Shown here one piece after another: positions 60,435 to 64,000 of a stretch of DNA of 64,000 bases; within the stretch, counting starts at the first letter, position 1; each line of letters begins with the position of its first letter. The stretch is taken from positions 4,768,001-4,832,000 of the forward strand of contig OZ220744.1 in NCBI GenBank assembly GCA_965116925.1. The letters are read 5' to 3'. Position numbers and translations under genes: made by a program. This DNA comes from Candidatus Poribacteria bacterium (GTDB taxonomy: Bacteria > Poribacteria > WGA-4E > PCPOR2b). Under the pieces are notes generated by a model that saw only the letters and a program-made list of their open reading frames with translations, searched no databases and was not told the DNA's origin.

Positions 60435-60977
60435 GTGGAGTATTCACGCTTAAATCTGTTAGTAACTGCAATTAGTTGTTTAGCTGTTTTAGCACTGCCC
60501 CTCCTCGTCGCAGGATGTGGCGATAGTGGTGATGATGACGATGACATGAATGGCGATGTCGTTGCACCCGATCCGGAGCCTGTCTCGGAGCCGACACCAC
60601 AACTGGAACAACAGCCGCAACCGGAGCCGCTGCCTCAACAACAACCGGACCAACAACCCGAACGCCAACCCGAGCAACAACCACCACCTCAACCGGAGCC
60701 GCCACCCGGAGTTTCGTTCCAGGAAGACATTTTACCGATCCTTCAAGCGAGTTGTGCTGTCCCTGGATGCCATGCTGCCCCCAATCCACCGAAAGGGCTC
60801 AATTTGGAGACGTACGCAGGCTTTGAGAGAGGTGGCGTATTTAACCCCGGAGATAGCAAGGGAAGTGTGGTTATCCAGCGGATTGATGGCGGTGGTATGC
60901 CGCCGGGCGCACCGTTGGCTGATGACCAAATCCAACTCTTCAAAGATTGGATCGATGAGGGTGCAGAAAACAATTAA
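60435..60977 (+). CDS. Lipoprotein cytochrome c (planctomycete-type domain) with acidic and Pro/Gln linker
   Basis: Lipobox VAGC; VSFQEDILPIL, CAVPGCH (CX4CH), MPP, WIDEGA; GTG start after AAGGAG. Confidence 0.8.
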   Translation: MEYSRLNLLVTAISCLAVLALPLLVAGCGDSGDDDDDMNGDVVAPDPEPVSEPTPQLEQQPQPEPLPQQQPDQQPERQPEQQPPPQPEPPPGVSFQEDILPILQASCAVPGCHAAPNPPKGLNLETYAGFERGGVFNPGDSKGSVVIQRIDGGGMPPGAPLADDQIQLFKDWIDEGAENN

Positions 60978-61001
60978 GGAACATCAACATACACCCACTC
61001 T

Positions 61002-61032
61002 AGGTCGGGGGAGCAATCTCCCGGCCTTTTTC
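61002..61032 (+). terminator. Intrinsic terminator
   Basis: AGGTCGGGGGA...TCTCCCGGCC hairpin followed by a T tract. Confidence 0.7.
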
Positions 61033-61077
61033 ATATCGTAACCGATCCCCTGCCTTGAGTCAATGAGATAATCGTAT

Positions 61078-61959
61078 CTATCCCATTGCTTCAAGCCTCC
61101 GCACCAACGTCTCCCCAATCGTCGCGGGGCTTTCAGCGACAGCGATGCCAGCCGCTTCCAACACTTCAATCTTCTCCGCCGCCGTGCCGTGTCCGCCGGA
61201 GATAATCGCCCCGGCATGTCCCATCCGCTTGCCGGGTGGTGCTGTCTGTCCGGCGATAAAGCTGATGACCGGTTTGGTCATGTTTTCTTTCACAAATTGA
61301 GCCGCTGTTTCCTCCGCAGTGCCACCGATTTCACCGATCATGAGCACCGCTTCTGTATCCGTATCCGCTTCAAACAACGCTAACACATCAACAAAATTTG
61401 TACCGATGACCGGATCACCGCCGATGCCGACGCAAGTAGATTGCCCCATCCCCAGCTTGGTCACCTGATCTACGGCTTCATACGTCAATGTCCCGCTGCG
61501 GGAAACGATGCCGATTTTGCCGGGGCGATGAATGTAGCCGGGCATAATCCCAATTTTGCATTCGCCGGGCGTGATGACACCGGGGCAGTTTGGCCCAATC
61601 AACCGTGTTGACTTGTCCTCCAAATACCTTTTGGCTTTTACCATATCAAGGGCAGGGATGCCTTCCGTAATACAGATAACCAACCGGATGCCCGCATCGG
61701 CAGCTTCCATAATCGAATCTGCGGCGTCAAACCTCGCCGGCACAAAGATGACGGATACCTCCGCCCCTGCCCCCAGAACCGCTTCGGAAACGGTATCGAA
61801 AACGGGGATACCATCAACATCTGAGCCACCCCTGCCGGGGGTAACGCCTGCAACGATTTTTGTGCCGTACTCCACGCACTGCTGCGTATGGAATCGTCCG
61901 GATCGACCGGTAATCCCTTGAACAACCACTTTTGTATCTTTATTTACCAAAATGCTCAT
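61078..61959 (-). CDS. sucD: Succinate-CoA ligase alpha subunit
   Basis: QGITG, IGPNCPG, SRSGTL, MGHAGA. Confidence 0.97.
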   Translation of the reverse strand: MSILVNKDTKVVVQGITGRSGRFHTQQCVEYGTKIVAGVTPGRGGSDVDGIPVFDTVSEAVLGAGAEVSVIFVPARFDAADSIMEAADAGIRLVICITEGIPALDMVKAKRYLEDKSTRLIGPNCPGVITPGECKIGIMPGYIHRPGKIGIVSRSGTLTYEAVDQVTKLGMGQSTCVGIGGDPVIGTNFVDVLALFEADTDTEAVLMIGEIGGTAEETAAQFVKENMTKPVISFIAGQTAPPGKRMGHAGAIISGGHGTAAEKIEVLEAAGIAVAESPATIGETLVRRLEAMG

Positions 61960-62005
61960 TTTAATTCCTTGTTTACGGCACGCGGAGCGTGCCTACTACG
62001 GTTTT

Positions 62006-62713
62006 CTAAAAGAGTGTAAGCTGCTTTTCCACTTCAATCTGTTTGTTGGGCAGGGAAATCTGCCCCGCTGCTGCTTGATGTGCGTATCTCGTGGTTTCGG
62101 GCAGCCTGTACCGCTGACAACAGGCGAGCGTCAACCGAATTGCTGAATCTAGGGAGATCCGATGCCCAACCGAAATGTAAACAACGCTGACGTTGGACCG
62201 TGTACGAACTGCTGCACCGATAATTTCAGCATTGTCGTACAAATATTCAATCGATCCCGCTTCATCTTTGGGTTGTTTGTGTCTGCCCCACAGACGCGAC
62301 TTCGCACACCCCACCGTCGGTTTGTCCAGAATTAATCCCAGATGCGACGCTATTCCAAAACGCCTCGGGTGGGCGATCCCTTGGCCATCAGCGATAATGA
62401 GATCCGGTTCGGTATTAAGTTGAGTAAAGGCTTTGAGAAGGGGAGGGGTTTCGCGGAAAGATAATAGACCGGGTATATAAGGAAAGGAGACAGGACTTTC
62501 AACGAGGACGCCATCAATCAGCTGTAGGTCTGGAAAACTCAAGACAACAACTGACGCACGGGCAATGTCTTGCTTAAACCCAAGATCGACCCCGGCGACT
62601 GTTTTGATGTCACTAAATTGATCTTGGGATATTACCTGATTACGCAGTTCGTTTTGGATCTGGCGTGCTTCAGCGGGAGTTATCTCCCACGGATGGAGCT
62701 GCTGATAATTCAT
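62006..62713 (-). CDS. nfi: Endonuclease V
   Basis: GVD, FPYIPGLLSFRE, DGQGIAHPRRFGIA, GCAK. Confidence 0.96.
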   Translation of the reverse strand: MNYQQLHPWEITPAEARQIQNELRNQVISQDQFSDIKTVAGVDLGFKQDIARASVVVLSFPDLQLIDGVLVESPVSFPYIPGLLSFRETPPLLKAFTQLNTEPDLIIADGQGIAHPRRFGIASHLGLILDKPTVGCAKSRLWGRHKQPKDEAGSIEYLYDNAEIIGAAVRTRSNVSVVYISVGHRISLDSAIRLTLACCQRYRLPETTRYAHQAAAGQISLPNKQIEVEKQLTLF

Positions 62714-63232
62714 GGATGAACCACCGATTTATGGATAGCTTTTTCGCTTACACATCGCTGCGATAGGGTCAACCTTGCGAAGGTTTGGAACCGTCAATTC
62801 CGAGTTGGCAGAGAGGTAAGGACAAATAGCAAAACTGTATAATATGCTACCCATAAGGGGGTTCAAGTGTCAAGTTTTTTCTCCATGTTTTGGTCTAACG
62901 TGCGGTGCTTAGAGATTAATTGAATACCGGCAAAAACAGTTGAAAGCAGCAGGTATCCGCCTGCGATTCCTATGAGAGAGCAAGCAACTCCTAAGATGAT
63001 TCCAATACTATTAAGCATTATTTATTCTCCAATATCGATTTTTAGATTTTGATTTCCAATTTACTATCTGAGCATAAAGCACTGTTTGACATCCATATAC
63101 GGAAAAACTCAATTTCAGTTTCGGACTTAATCGGCAATTGTTGTGTATATGCTAATTTTACCGTTGCGAAACGCTAACGATTCTGTTATGATGTTTTTGG
63201 TTAAACAACACAACCGGTGGAACAGGAGTTCT

Positions 63233-64000
63233 ATGAACCAGAAACCTAACATCATCTTCATTATGCCCGATCAGCTGCGTACCGATTTCCTCAGTTGCTA
63301 CGGTGCTGACTTCATTGACACCCCTCACATCGATGCGCTCGGGGCGCAAGGGGTTCGCTATAATCGTGCTTACTCGGAGCATCCGGTATGCGTTCCGGCA
63401 CGCGTCGCGCTCATGACCGGCATGAACGGTCTCAAGACTGGCGTACTTGACAACGGTCAGTTCTTACGCCCTGATTACCGAGCGTGCGGATTGGCGACGT
63501 GGCCCGAACTACTTAACGCACACGATTACTACACCATCGCCGTCGGCAAGATGCACTTTTACCCTTGGGAGAAGCGTCTGGGCTTCCAGCGCAGGATCAT
63601 TGCTGAAGACAAACTTTGGGGCTATATTCAGGACGACTATGACCACCTTCTCAAAGCCCACGGCTATATCAAGAACGCTTTCTTCGATGAGCCTGACTAT
63701 CACAAGAATTTCGGTGCCTTGATTAGCCCCATCCCGTGGGAATACTCGGTTGACCACTTCGTTGGCAACGAGGCGGCAAAATGGATTGAGGGGTACAATG
63801 GCGACCAACCCTTTGCTATGATGGTCGGCTTCCCGGGACCGCACAACCCGTACGATCCTGCGCCGGAATACGCGACCTTTCGACCTGAAGATATGCCCGA
63901 ACCGCTCTCAGCTGTCCCAGAAGACACGAAATTGATGCAACCGAGGCGACCCTCCCGTTCCGAATCATCCCAGAAATCGTGGTACGCTATTCAGAACGAA
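63233..64000 (+). CDS. Sulfatase-family hydrolase, runs off the window's right edge
   Basis: MNQKPNIIFIMPDQLR...CVPAR (CxPxR), GKMH, GPHNPY; AGGAG RBS. Confidence 0.92.
   Translation, partial: MNQKPNIIFIMPDQLRTDFLSCYGADFIDTPHIDALGAQGVRYNRAYSEHPVCVPARVALMTGMNGLKTGVLDNGQFLRPDYRACGLATWPELLNAHDYYTIAVGKMHFYPWEKRLGFQRRIIAEDKLWGYIQDDYDHLLKAHGYIKNAFFDEPDYHKNFGALISPIPWEYSVDHFVGNEAAKWIEGYNGDQPFAMMVGFPGPHNPYDPAPEYATFRPEDMPEPLSAVPEDTKLMQPRRPSRSESSQKSWYAIQNE

Noticed and set aside
1..64000. CRISPR array or cas genes
   Set aside because: No regularly spaced identical repeats with unique spacers; TnpB has IS ends and no array

Overview
Bacterial chromosome segment of roughly 50% GC. The gene content (four PhyH dioxygenases, FGE/SUMF1-domain proteins, a sulfatase, enolase-superfamily enzymes, BatA/vWA proteins, a DUF6785-like transporter, dense REP/MITE repeats) resembles Candidatus Poribacteria; this taxonomic call is inference only. 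The housekeeping core is a minus-strand six-tRNA cluster followed by tig-clpP-clpX-lon-hslR, plus der, sucD and nfi. Accessory content includes an orphan PglZ-family gene with its own promoter, an intact HicBA pair, two toxin-antitoxin pairs that have lost their toxins, a TnpB-only IS200/IS605 element, and a PhnDCE-type ABC transporter split by an insertion. Five families of short inverted-repeat elements occur, some nested and several with readable target-site duplications. The most striking locus is 31326-34547, a three-gene cytochrome cluster: a cytochrome P460 lipoprotein on a long Pro/Gln tether, a Cyc2-like porin-cytochrome fusion with TWO CxxCH motifs, and an inner-membrane His-bearing diheme cytochrome. 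Together these look like a compact trans-envelope electron conduit. Candidate non-coding RNAs are a promoter- and terminator-bounded sRNA at about 51.4-51.5 kb and a tRNA-like leader ahead of the tRNA operon. All product calls come from motif recognition by eye; no database searches were run.
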